Positions 10,812 through 19,252 of a DNA stretch of 64,000 nt are shown one piece after another. Position numbers and translations under genes: made by a program. Source of the stretch: Bacteroidota bacterium. Its GTDB lineage: Bacteria; Bacteroidota; Bacteroidia; Flavobacteriales; Flavobacteriaceae. The notes beneath the pieces were generated by a model. It made no database searches. It had not been told where the DNA came from and worked only from the letters and a program-made list of their open reading frames with translations. Numbering within the stretch: position 1 is the first letter of the stretch; each line of letters begins with the position of its first letter. The stretch spans positions 126,625 to 190,624 of the forward strand of contig JAYQTK010000006.1 of the NCBI GenBank assembly GCA_038147335.1, given 5' to 3'.

Positions 10812-12243
10812 TTATTTATGTCGGGAAGTACTAGTTGGTTTATTGGACTATCTTGAGCCATTATTACTTCAATCTCATCTGACCTTCTAGGTGCATCAAT
10901 AGAAAGATTTACAGGACCAGAATTTGTAATTAATATATCATCTTCAATTCTAACACCAATATTCCACCATTTTGGGTCTGTATTACTGTTTTCAGGAATA
11001 TATATACCTGGTTCGACTGTAATAACCATGTTTTCCATTAAGTCCCTTGAGCCAGGATCATGAACATCAAGACCAATATGATGAGAAACTCCATGAGGAT
11101 AATATTTTCTAGCTTCTCTATAATCATTGATTATTCCCAAATCAATAAGTCCTTTTGCAATTATATCATAGCTTTTTAAGTATATGTCATTGAAGCTATT
11201 ACCAATGATTGCTTCTTTTATTGCCTCTTCTTGTGACTTATAGACAAGGTCATAGATTATTTTTTGTTCATTGTTGAATTTACCGTTAACTGGTATTGTT
11301 CTGGTTACATCTGCAGTGTAACCCCTATATTCAGCACCAACATCCATTAAAATAAGTTTATCCTTTATATCCATATCCTCATTTGTCACATAATGTAGCA
11401 CACATGCATTACCCCCTGCCCCAACAATAGAATTATATCCTTCATGAGCAGCACCATATTTTCTATAGATAAATTCATGAATTCCCTGAACTTCTCTCTC
11501 TGTCATGTCATTATGGATTGCTCTCATTACCTCAATTTGAGCAAGAGCTGATATTCTGATAGCTTTTGTTAAGAGCTCGATCTCAAGGGGATCTTTTGTT
11601 TGCCTTAGCTTAGACATTATTTGATTAATTGAACTACTAAAAAACTGTTTATTTAAATCTCCAAGAATGTCAGATTCTTTTTTACTTACTATCTCTTGAA
11701 ACTTATTTTGAATATCAAAAAGATCATATTTATCGTCTTTAAAGTCTCTAACATCATCTCGAATATTAGTATTTAAAATATTTGAAAAGTTTTCTATGGG
11801 ATTGTATTTTCAATAAATTCAGACCTAAGTTTTACTCTATCAAATGACATCTTCTTCGCACCTTTTATACCCAATCTTCTTCCATCCCACATTTCACGGT
11901 ATTCATTTCTCTCTCTTACATACATAATCTCATTGTATGACCCATCACTATCAAATTGATCATCTTTAAAAATTACAAGAACACCATGGGGTTCTCTCCA
12001 TCCTGTTAAATAATAAAAATTGGGATCTTGATGATACATGTAGTCAGTATCGTTTGACCTTTTCATAATTGGTGAAGTGAAAATAAATGCAACACTATTT
12101 GCAGGCATTAGAGATCTAAATTCTTGTCTTTTCTTCTTGTGAAATTCAGGACCTAAATCATCAAAGTATTCTTGAGTATATGAATAATTAGTAGACAATA
12201 AAATCAATAGTAAAAAAAGAGTATTTTTGAATCTCATGTTCAT
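10808..12243 (-). pseudogene. pepP: Xaa-Pro aminopeptidase (M24B), split by an apparent 1-nt frameshift (fragments 11794..12243 and 10808..11809)
   Basis: The upstream fragment has a signal peptide plus an AMP_N-like domain (HQDPNFYYLTGW). The downstream fragment is the M24 catalytic domain (DVGAEYRGYTADVTRT, HGVSHHIGLDVHD, EPGIY). The downstream frame stays open up to 11809 and overlaps the stop of the upstream frame at 11794-11796. Confidence 0.85.
12222..12229 (+). promoter_or_regulatory. Bacteroidota-type -7 box TATTTTTG upstream of gcvT (lies inside pepP coding sequence on the other strand)
   Basis: Exact TAnnTTTG match 33 nt upstream of the gcvT ATG. No clear -33 TTG. Confidence 0.35.
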
Positions 12244-12261
12244 AAATTTTAACCCAAATTA

Positions 12262-13332
12262 ATGAAAAAAACAGTTTTATTAGATAAGCATATAAAATTA
12301 GGAGCAAAAATTGTTGATTTTGCTGGTTTTAAGATGCCGATAAGTTATAGCTCAGTGACTGAGGAGCACAATCATGTTAGAGAAAATGTTGGGGTATTTG
12401 ATGTTTCTCACATGGGTGAGTTTGAGATATCAGGTAAGAATTCTGATAGGTTTATTCAATTCATCTGTTCTAATGATATCATGAAGCTCAAACCAGGAAA
12501 AGCTCAATATAACTGTTTAGTAAATGATAATGGAGGAATAATTGATGACTTGATAGTATACAAAATAGAAGAAGAAAAGTTTTTATTGGTTGTTAATGCT
12601 TCTAACATAGATAAAGATTTTGATTGGATCAAAAGTCTCAATAAAGACTATAGCTGTTCTATTAATAATATATCAGATAAAACATCTCTTCTTGCTGTTC
12701 AAGGACCAAAGGCTGACTTATTATGTGAAAGATTTACCAAAGAAGATTTAAAGTCTTTATCAAACTATTCATTTATACAGGGAACATTTGCTGGAATTGA
12801 TAATGTAATAATATCAAAGACAGGTTACACGGGTTCAGGAGGTTTTGAATTGTATGTATCTAATGATAATGTTGAGCACATTTGGGATGAACTTTTTAGT
12901 GTTGAAGATCTTGAAGTTAAGCCAATAGGTCTTGCTGCTAGAGATACATTAAGACTAGAAATGGGTTATTGTCTCTATGGAAACGATATAAATGAATCAG
13001 TAACTCCAATTGAGGCAAACCTTGGGTGGATAACAAAAGTAGATACAAATTTTATTGGTTCTAAGTCAATTAAAGAACAAATTGAAAATGGAATTAAGAA
13101 AAAATTAGTTGGATTTGTAATTAATGATAAAGGTATTCCAAGAAAAGGTTACGAAATTTTTGATAAATCAGAAAACCTAATAGGAGAAGTAACTTCCGGG
13201 ACATTCTCTCCAGTTCTTAAAAAAGGTATTGGTCTTGCATACATAGAAAATAATATATCTTCAAAAGAAATTTATCTAAAGATTAGAAACAATCTCATCA
13301 AATTAGAGGTTGTAAAAACTCCGTTTATATAA
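12262..13332 (+). CDS. gcvT: glycine cleavage system aminomethyltransferase (T protein)
   Basis: 356-aa ORF with typical GcvT blocks FAGFKMPISY, VGVFDVSHMGEF, ARDTLRLEMGYCLYGND. Confidence 0.95.
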   Translation: MKKTVLLDKHIKLGAKIVDFAGFKMPISYSSVTEEHNHVRENVGVFDVSHMGEFEISGKNSDRFIQFICSNDIMKLKPGKAQYNCLVNDNGGIIDDLIVYKIEEEKFLLVVNASNIDKDFDWIKSLNKDYSCSINNISDKTSLLAVQGPKADLLCERFTKEDLKSLSNYSFIQGTFAGIDNVIISKTGYTGSGGFELYVSNDNVEHIWDELFSVEDLEVKPIGLAARDTLRLEMGYCLYGNDINESVTPIEANLGWITKVDTNFIGSKSIKEQIENGIKKKLVGFVINDKGIPRKGYEIFDKSENLIGEVTSGTFSPVLKKGIGLAYIENNISSKEIYLKIRNNLIKLEVVKTPFI

Positions 13333-13335
13333 GTT

Positions 13336-14043
13336 ATGGGAAGGGCATTTGAATTTAGAAAAGCGAGAAAAATGAAAAGATGGTCAAATATGGCCAAAAC
13401 TTTTACAAGGATTGGAAGGGAGATTATAATAGCAGTAAAGGAATCTGGTCCTGATCCATCCTCAAATTCAAGATTAAGAGCAATTATTCAAAATGCTAAA
13501 GCAGCTAATATGCCGAAGGATAACATTGAAAGAGCCATTAAGAAAGCATCAGAAAAAAGTACAGATAATTTCAAAGAAATACTATTAGAAGGGTATGCTC
13601 CTCATGGTATTGCAATTCTAGTAGAAGCTGCAACAGACAACAATAACAGAACAGTTGCAAACATAAGGAGTTATTTTAACAAGTGTGAAGGAAATCTTGC
13701 CACTTCAGGGTCAGTAGAGTTTTTATTTAATCATTTGTGTTTTTTTCAAATTAAAAATGCAGGAATTGATACGGAAGAGCTTGAACTAGATTTAATTGAT
13801 TTTGGTATAGTAGATTTTAATAGCCAAAATGATGAAATAAATATTACTGCAAATTTTGAAGATTTTGGATCATTACAAAAAGAAATAGAAAGACGTGGAC
13901 TAGATATTATTTCTAGTGAATTTGAGAGAGAAGCTATTAATGTTAAGAGTATCAAAGAAGATCAAAAAATAGTAGTTGATAAATTAATAAATCTTATTGA
14001 TGAAGATGATGATGTTCAGAATGTATATCACGATATGGGCTAA
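13336..14043 (+). CDS. YebC/PmpR family DNA-binding transcriptional regulator
   Basis: 235-aa ORF. N-terminus MGRAFEFRKARKMKRWSNMAKTFTRIGREI is the YebC family hallmark. Confidence 0.93.
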   Translation: MGRAFEFRKARKMKRWSNMAKTFTRIGREIIIAVKESGPDPSSNSRLRAIIQNAKAANMPKDNIERAIKKASEKSTDNFKEILLEGYAPHGIAILVEAATDNNNRTVANIRSYFNKCEGNLATSGSVEFLFNHLCFFQIKNAGIDTEELELDLIDFGIVDFNSQNDEINITANFEDFGSLQKEIERRGLDIISSEFEREAINVKSIKEDQKIVVDKLINLIDEDDDVQNVYHDMG

Positions 14044-14045
14044 AG

Positions 14046-14579
14046 TCAATTTTTATTTCTTATAACTACATCCATTACTAAGTCCTCAAGTTTTTTTATA
14101 TCATTATCAAAATTTCCAGATGGAAAAAATTTATCATTGATATTTACTTCTTTTTTCATGTAATCAAATGACACCATAACAATTGGAACTCTTGCACCCA
14201 CAGCTATGTAATAAAATCCTGATTTCCATTTTTTTACAAACTTCCTAGTCCCCTCAGGAGCTATTGCTAGTATGTTAATAACATTTGATTCAAATAACTT
14301 AACTACAGATTCAACAAAATTATTTGTTATACTCCTATCAACTGGAATTCCACCAATTGATTTAAAGAAAAAAGAAGTAAAAGGGTTAAATAGTTCTTTC
14401 TTTCCAATAAACTTTATTCTTAAACCTAAATATGACCTAATTAATATTGCTATTACTAAATCAAATGATTTTGAATGAGGAACTACAGCAATAATATATT
14501 TTTTATCATTAGGCAGTAAACCATTAAGCTTCCAACCTAAAATTTTTGTAAGAATTATTTTAGAAAAAAATTTAAGCAT
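14046..14579 (-). CDS. 1-acyl-sn-glycerol-3-phosphate acyltransferase family protein
   Basis: 177 aa. HX4D motif (PHSKSFD) and PEGTR motif of the PlsC-type acyltransferases. Confidence 0.8.
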   Translation of the reverse strand: MLKFFSKIILTKILGWKLNGLLPNDKKYIIAVVPHSKSFDLVIAILIRSYLGLRIKFIGKKELFNPFTSFFFKSIGGIPVDRSITNNFVESVVKLFESNVINILAIAPEGTRKFVKKWKSGFYYIAVGARVPIVMVSFDYMKKEVNINDKFFPSGNFDNDIKKLEDLVMDVVIRNKN

Positions 14580-15294
14580 TCTTAGAAAGATATTTTTCAG
14601 CCTCTATGAAATCTTTTTCAGTATCTATTGATATTCCGTGAAAATCAATTTTAATCATTTTAATGGGGATTAAATTATCTATTGCTCTATTTCCCTCAAG
14701 ATTCTGAGAAATTTCATTTTTTGATCTATTTAAACTTGAAAAGTTAATTAATGTGTTTTTTCTAAATGCATATACTCCTATATGTCTGTTAAATTTTTTT
14801 ATTTCATTTTCTCCTTCAGGAATTGGTGATCTTGAGAAAAAAATTGCATTATTATTTTTATCTACAGTCACTTTGACATTATTTGGATTTTTAATTTCAT
14901 CAAATGAATTGAAACTAGTCATTAGTGAAGCCATTTTAACACTATTATCTTCAAAAGATGCAATCAGACTATCTATTGCATCAATATTTATAAATGGCTC
15001 ATCGCCTTGTAAATTAACTACTATATCGTGATCAATTTCTTTTGCTGCCTCAGCAATTCTATCTGTACCTGATAGGTGAATTTTTCTTGATTTAAATATT
15101 AATCCATCTTTAGACTTAATTAAATCAATTATCTCATCATTTCCACTTACTACGTAAACTTGATCAAATAGTTTACTATTCAATGCAGCTAAGTATGTCC
15201 TAACTATTATTGGAACTCCATCAAGCTTTTTAATTAATTTATTTGGAAACCTTTCAGACTCGAGCCTTGCAGGAATTAATGCAATAGTTTTCAT
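14572..15294 (-). CDS. kdsB: 3-deoxy-manno-octulosonate cytidylyltransferase (CMP-KDO synthetase)
   Basis: 240 aa. N-terminus IALIPARLESERFPNKLIKKLDGVPII and the LQGDEP motif. Confidence 0.93.
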   Translation of the reverse strand: MKTIALIPARLESERFPNKLIKKLDGVPIIVRTYLAALNSKLFDQVYVVSGNDEIIDLIKSKDGLIFKSRKIHLSGTDRIAEAAKEIDHDIVVNLQGDEPFINIDAIDSLIASFEDNSVKMASLMTSFNSFDEIKNPNNVKVTVDKNNNAIFFSRSPIPEGENEIKKFNRHIGVYAFRKNTLINFSSLNRSKNEISQNLEGNRAIDNLIPIKMIKIDFHGISIDTEKDFIEAEKYLSKNA

Positions 15295-15353
15295 TTAAAA
15301 TATTTTTCTAATATAATTCATTTATATATTGTTTTATGAAAAAAAAAAAATTG

Positions 15354-15361
15354 TAGATTTG
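15354..15361 (+). promoter_or_regulatory. -7 box TAGATTTG upstream of the 15383 gene
   Basis: TAnnTTTG match 22 nt upstream of ATG 15383. The A12 tract (15339-15350) lies just upstream, in the presumed spacer. Confidence 0.35.
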
Positions 15362-15382
15362 TTAAAATCAAAAATTACTGAC

Positions 15383-16039
15383 ATGAACAAAAAACGTGCT
15401 TTAGAATTCTTCCTTTGGGCATTATCTATTTTTTTTGTAGCTCAAATATACAGTTCAATTAATGGTCCTATAAAATTTAATAGAGTTAAAAATGAAAGGT
15501 ATTCAACAGTTATTGACAGACTTAAGGATATAAAGACCGCCCAGATTGCTCACAAGGACGTAAATGGCTTTTATGCAAGTAATTTTGATAGTCTTGTAAG
15601 TTTTATTGATAATGGTATATTTACTTTAATTGAGAAGAGGGATTCTTCTTATCTTCAATACGACAGAACTTATAGAATTGATATGCTTAGAGAAGTTACT
15701 GTCGTAGACACTTTAGGTTTTGTATCTGTTAAGGATTCATTATTTGGTGAAGATGAAAGATATAAAATGATGGCAAACGTTCCAATTGAAGGTTCAGACG
15801 CAAAGTTTTCAATCCAGGCTGATATAATTGATAAAAACGGCTATCAAGTTCCTGTTTTTGAGGTAAAAGTCAAAAAAGATATTATCCTGTATGATCAAAA
15901 TAAAGATTTACTTGAGCAAGAGAATAAAGTTATTTCAGTTGATGGTGTAAATGGAAGTGAAATAATTCTTGGATCAATGACTGAGGTTAGTATAAACGGA
16001 AACTGGCCATCTATTTTTGATGCAAAAAACGATCAATAA
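15383..16039 (+). CDS. hypothetical membrane-anchored protein
   Basis: The track ORF 15329..16039 starts at TTG. I chose the internal ATG at 15383, which gives MNKKRALEFFLWALSIFFVAQIY (basic N-terminus plus one TM helix) and sits 22 nt after a -7 box. No family recognised. Confidence 0.6.
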   Translation: MNKKRALEFFLWALSIFFVAQIYSSINGPIKFNRVKNERYSTVIDRLKDIKTAQIAHKDVNGFYASNFDSLVSFIDNGIFTLIEKRDSSYLQYDRTYRIDMLREVTVVDTLGFVSVKDSLFGEDERYKMMANVPIEGSDAKFSIQADIIDKNGYQVPVFEVKVKKDIILYDQNKDLLEQENKVISVDGVNGSEIILGSMTEVSINGNWPSIFDAKNDQ

Positions 16040-16769
16040 TATTCATAAATTAACTGTTTATCAATATAAATCAGATATTATATTTGGATCACCTGATGAC
16101 TCCTTCTCACTTGATATTAATAGCAAAAATCTTGAATCTGACTTTCTAGACTCTATTTCCAACTTTAATATTGACACAATTGAGTTAATATTTTTTTCAA
16201 GTATACCTTCTATTGTTCCTTCAAAATTATTTGATGAAAACCTAAGAAATAAGTATTTAGAGACTAACACCTCAATTAAAGATAATATTCAACATGAATT
16301 ATCTATAGACAAAAAAATCGCTGTTGTTTATTCATATGACAAGCTTTTTGTAAATGTCTTAAATCAAAAGAAAATTAAATATTCTACAATGAGTTATTTT
16401 TCAGTTCTTTACAACTATCTATTTAAAAAAGATAAAATTTCTGGTGGACTTTCTCTATATATCAATTTTAATGAAAACTCTTTTGATATATTAATATTTG
16501 ACTCAAAAGAATTTATTTACTTCAACTCGTTTGATATCAAGGACAAAAATGAATTTTTATATTATCTGTTCTTTGTTATGAAAAATTATGAAATTTCAAA
16601 TGAAAAAGACAAAATTATATTTCTAGGCAGATATGATAAATATTCAGAATACTATGAAATTGCCAACAAATATTCTAAACTTGATTATATTCATGATGAT
16701 AGCGGTAATCAATTCAATTCAAAATCACCTTTCTTTTCTTATTTAAATGAGGATAATTTCAGGAAATAA
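16020..16769 (+). CDS. conserved hypothetical protein (possibly DUF3822 family, typically found next to rsmD in Bacteroidota)
   Basis: About 249-aa ORF. I took the ATG at 16020, one codon after the track's TTG. The family assignment is from memory of gene context, not from a motif. Confidence 0.55.
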   Translation: MQKTINNIHKLTVYQYKSDIIFGSPDDSFSLDINSKNLESDFLDSISNFNIDTIELIFFSSIPSIVPSKLFDENLRNKYLETNTSIKDNIQHELSIDKKIAVVYSYDKLFVNVLNQKKIKYSTMSYFSVLYNYLFKKDKISGGLSLYINFNENSFDILIFDSKEFIYFNSFDIKDKNEFLYYLFFVMKNYEISNEKDKIIFLGRYDKYSEYYEIANKYSKLDYIHDDSGNQFNSKSPFFSYLNEDNFRK

Positions 16770-17292
16770 AAAAAGCATAGTAATTAATGCACCAAAAAAT
16801 CTTCCTGTTAGACCAACCACAGATAAAGTAAAAGAGTCTCTTTTTAATATTATCCAAAATAAATTTGAGTTAAATGAATGTAGGGTTCTCGATGTTTTTT
16901 CTGGAACTGGTAATATTTCCTATGAATTTGCTTCAAGAGGATGCAATGATATATTATCTGTTGACAATAATTTTAACTGTATTAGATTTATAAACAAAAC
17001 TGCTGAAAAATTAGAAATTAAAGTAAGGACAAAAAAAATTGATTATTTATTATTCTTAAAAAACAATAACGAAAAATTCAATATCATTTTTGCTGATCCA
17101 CCATATAGATTTCTATTGAAAGATTATCTAGAGATCATTGATATAGTTAGAGATAATGGTATACTAGAAGAAGGTGGCGAACTGATAATTGAGCATCGTT
17201 CAAATATTTCGTTTATTGATAAGTATAAAGAAGTAGATGAGAGAAATTATGGATCTAGCTCCTTATCATTTTTTAAAAAAGCAAGCCTGTAA
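16747..17292 (+). CDS. rsmD: 16S rRNA (guanine966-N2)-methyltransferase
   Basis: 181 aa. MRIISG...PVRPTTDKVKESLFNII N-terminus, SAM motif LDVFSGTGN, catalytic DPPY. Confidence 0.92.
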   Translation: MRIISGNKKSIVINAPKNLPVRPTTDKVKESLFNIIQNKFELNECRVLDVFSGTGNISYEFASRGCNDILSVDNNFNCIRFINKTAEKLEIKVRTKKIDYLLFLKNNNEKFNIIFADPPYRFLLKDYLEIIDIVRDNGILEEGGELIIEHRSNISFIDKYKEVDERNYGSSSLSFFKKASL

Positions 17293-17562
17293 GCCGGATT
17301 CTGTCGAGTCTTATCATTTATCTAGATATAATATTACTATTATATTCATACCGCCTACCCTTCTACATAAAACGAGCAATTTTAAACTGTAGATATACTT
17401 GGCGTTTCACCACACAGAGTTTACATGATTCCACTACAGCATAACCTGTACATACTTTCTGTTGCACTATTCCTATCTATAAATAGATGGCGGGAATTAC
17501 CCGCTGTGTTGCTCTATGGTGTCCGGACTTTCCTCTGAATAATCAGCGATAAGACGGCTTGC
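17281..17562 (-). ncRNA. rnpB: RNase P RNA, bacterial type A, compact (~282 nt)
   Basis: The minus strand contains the conserved blocks GAGGAAAGUCCGGACACCAUAGAGCA, AGUGCAACAGAAAG, GUAAACUC, GGGUAGGC, CUAGAUAAAUGA and ACAGAAUCCGGCUUA. P1 (GCAAGCC/GGCUUGC) and P2 (GUCUUAUC/GAUAAGAC) pair by eye. Confidence 0.9.
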
Positions 17563-17566
17563 ATTA

Positions 17567-17574
17567 CAAAGATA
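17567..17574 (-). promoter_or_regulatory. -7 box TATCTTTG of rnpB
   Basis: TAnnTTTG match whose G lies 5 nt upstream of the predicted 5' G of the RNase P RNA P1 helix. Confidence 0.5.
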
Positions 17575-17636
17575 ATACATGTTGATAATTTTAATAAAAA
17601 AAGAATATGAATTGGTTAATAGTTTTTTTCAATTTT

Positions 17637-17644
17637 TATATTTG
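17637..17644 (+). promoter_or_regulatory. -7 box TATATTTG upstream of dnaX
   Basis: TAnnTTTG match 7 nt before ATG 17651 and 22 nt before ATG 17666. Confidence 0.4.
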
Positions 17645-17650
17645 TTATTA

Positions 17651-19252
17651 ATGGAAAATTCATCAATGTCATCTGCTTCAGAGTATAGACCTAAGGATTT
17701 TAATGAAATGATAGGACAAGATGCTATTGTAAAAACGTTGTCAAATGCAATAGATAGTCAGAAAATACCTCAAGCTCTTTTATTTTGTGGTCCAAGAGGT
17801 GTTGGTAAGACATCTTGTGCTAGAATTCTAGCTAAGAAGATAAATGATTTAGATGAAAATTTTGAATACAACATATTTGAGCTTGACGCTGCATCAAATA
17901 ATTCTGTAGAAGATATTAGGAATATTACTGAACAGATAAGAATACCTCCTCAATACGGAAAATTTAAAGTATATATAATTGATGAAGTTCACATGCTGTC
18001 TAACGCTGCTTTTAATGCATTTTTAAAATCACTAGAGGAACCTCCTCCTCATGTTGTTTTTATACTAGCAACTACTGAGAAGAACAAAATTATTCCAACA
18101 ATACTTTCCAGATGTCAAATCTATGATTTTAAAAAAGTTGATAATAATTCTATCATTGGGCTCTTACATAAAATATGTAAAGAAAAAAAAATAAAGTTTG
18201 ATGATAGTTCATTACAGATAATAGCTGAAAAATCTGATGGTTCAATTAGAGACTCTCTTTCTATGTTTGATAGGCTAGTAAGTTTTACCAATTCAAATCT
18301 AACTATTGATGAAGTCACTTCTAATCTTAATATATTGGATTATGAGTCTTATTTTGATTTGTCTTCATTAATTATTAATAAGGATATACCCGGAATTCTT
18401 TCTATGTATGATAAAGTTTATACTCGTGGAGTAGATGATGTTAATTTTCTTAATGGTATCTCTAAACATTTTAGAGAACTATTAATCAATAAACTAGATG
18501 GATCAGATATAAAAGATGATTTGAAAATTAAATATAAAAAGCAAGGAGATGATTACAGCGATGAAGATCTAATACTAATGATTGATATAGTAAATGAATG
18601 TCTTATAAATTACCAAAAGGTAAATGACAAAAGAATACATACTGAAATTTGTTTAATGAAGTTGGCATCTCTAGATAGTATCAAAAAAAAAAACTCTTTA
18701 ATTAAAACTTCTGAATTCTCTAATAAAGTTATTAGGGAAGATAACGAGTTAGATGAAGCTTTAGAGATAAATAAAAAAGAAATTAAACTCTTCACTTCAA
18801 ATAATGACGAAGTCTCTTCATTATCCATAGCTAGTTTAAATTTTAAAAAATCTGAGAATATTGAAGAGGAAGATAATATTGAATTACCGAATGATGACTT
18901 TACAGAGAATGATATCAGAATGGCTTGGAAAAAATTCTGTGATAAAGAAAAGGTAAATGGAAACAACAATATGCTTTCACTTCTTAATATGAATGACCCT
19001 GTTATCGAAAATAATTCAATAATAATTTCAACAATTAATAAGATGAATCAAAAAGAAGTTAAAGGATATAAGAATAAAATACAGGCTTTCATATCCAAAG
19101 AGCTTAATAATTATTCTATAACTGTTGATGTATCTTTAGATGAGGTTAAGAAGAAAAAAAACTTTGTTGACAGCAAGGATAAATTAGATGCCTTGGTAAA
19201 AGAGAATGATAATATTTCTCTTCTTATTAATGAGTTTAAACTAAGAATTTAG
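17651..19252 (+). CDS. dnaX: DNA polymerase III subunit gamma/tau
   Basis: YRPKDFNEMIGQD, Walker A GPRGVGKTS, the DEVHML box and the SRCQ motif. The track start at 17579 is implausible. ATG 17651 or ATG 17666 (MSSASEYRPKDF) is the likely start. Confidence 0.92.
   Translation: MENSSMSSASEYRPKDFNEMIGQDAIVKTLSNAIDSQKIPQALLFCGPRGVGKTSCARILAKKINDLDENFEYNIFELDAASNNSVEDIRNITEQIRIPPQYGKFKVYIIDEVHMLSNAAFNAFLKSLEEPPPHVVFILATTEKNKIIPTILSRCQIYDFKKVDNNSIIGLLHKICKEKKIKFDDSSLQIIAEKSDGSIRDSLSMFDRLVSFTNSNLTIDEVTSNLNILDYESYFDLSSLIINKDIPGILSMYDKVYTRGVDDVNFLNGISKHFRELLINKLDGSDIKDDLKIKYKKQGDDYSDEDLILMIDIVNECLINYQKVNDKRIHTEICLMKLASLDSIKKKNSLIKTSEFSNKVIREDNELDEALEINKKEIKLFTSNNDEVSSLSIASLNFKKSENIEEEDNIELPNDDFTENDIRMAWKKFCDKEKVNGNNNMLSLLNMNDPVIENNSIIISTINKMNQKEVKGYKNKIQAFISKELNNYSITVDVSLDEVKKKKNFVDSKDKLDALVKENDNISLLINEFKLRI

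Noticed and set aside
18183-18191. A second A-run (A9) in dnaX as a frameshift site.
   Set aside because: It lies inside the AAA+ core (around codon 180), where truncation would give a non-functional product. It is noted only as a caveat that A-runs are common in this gene.
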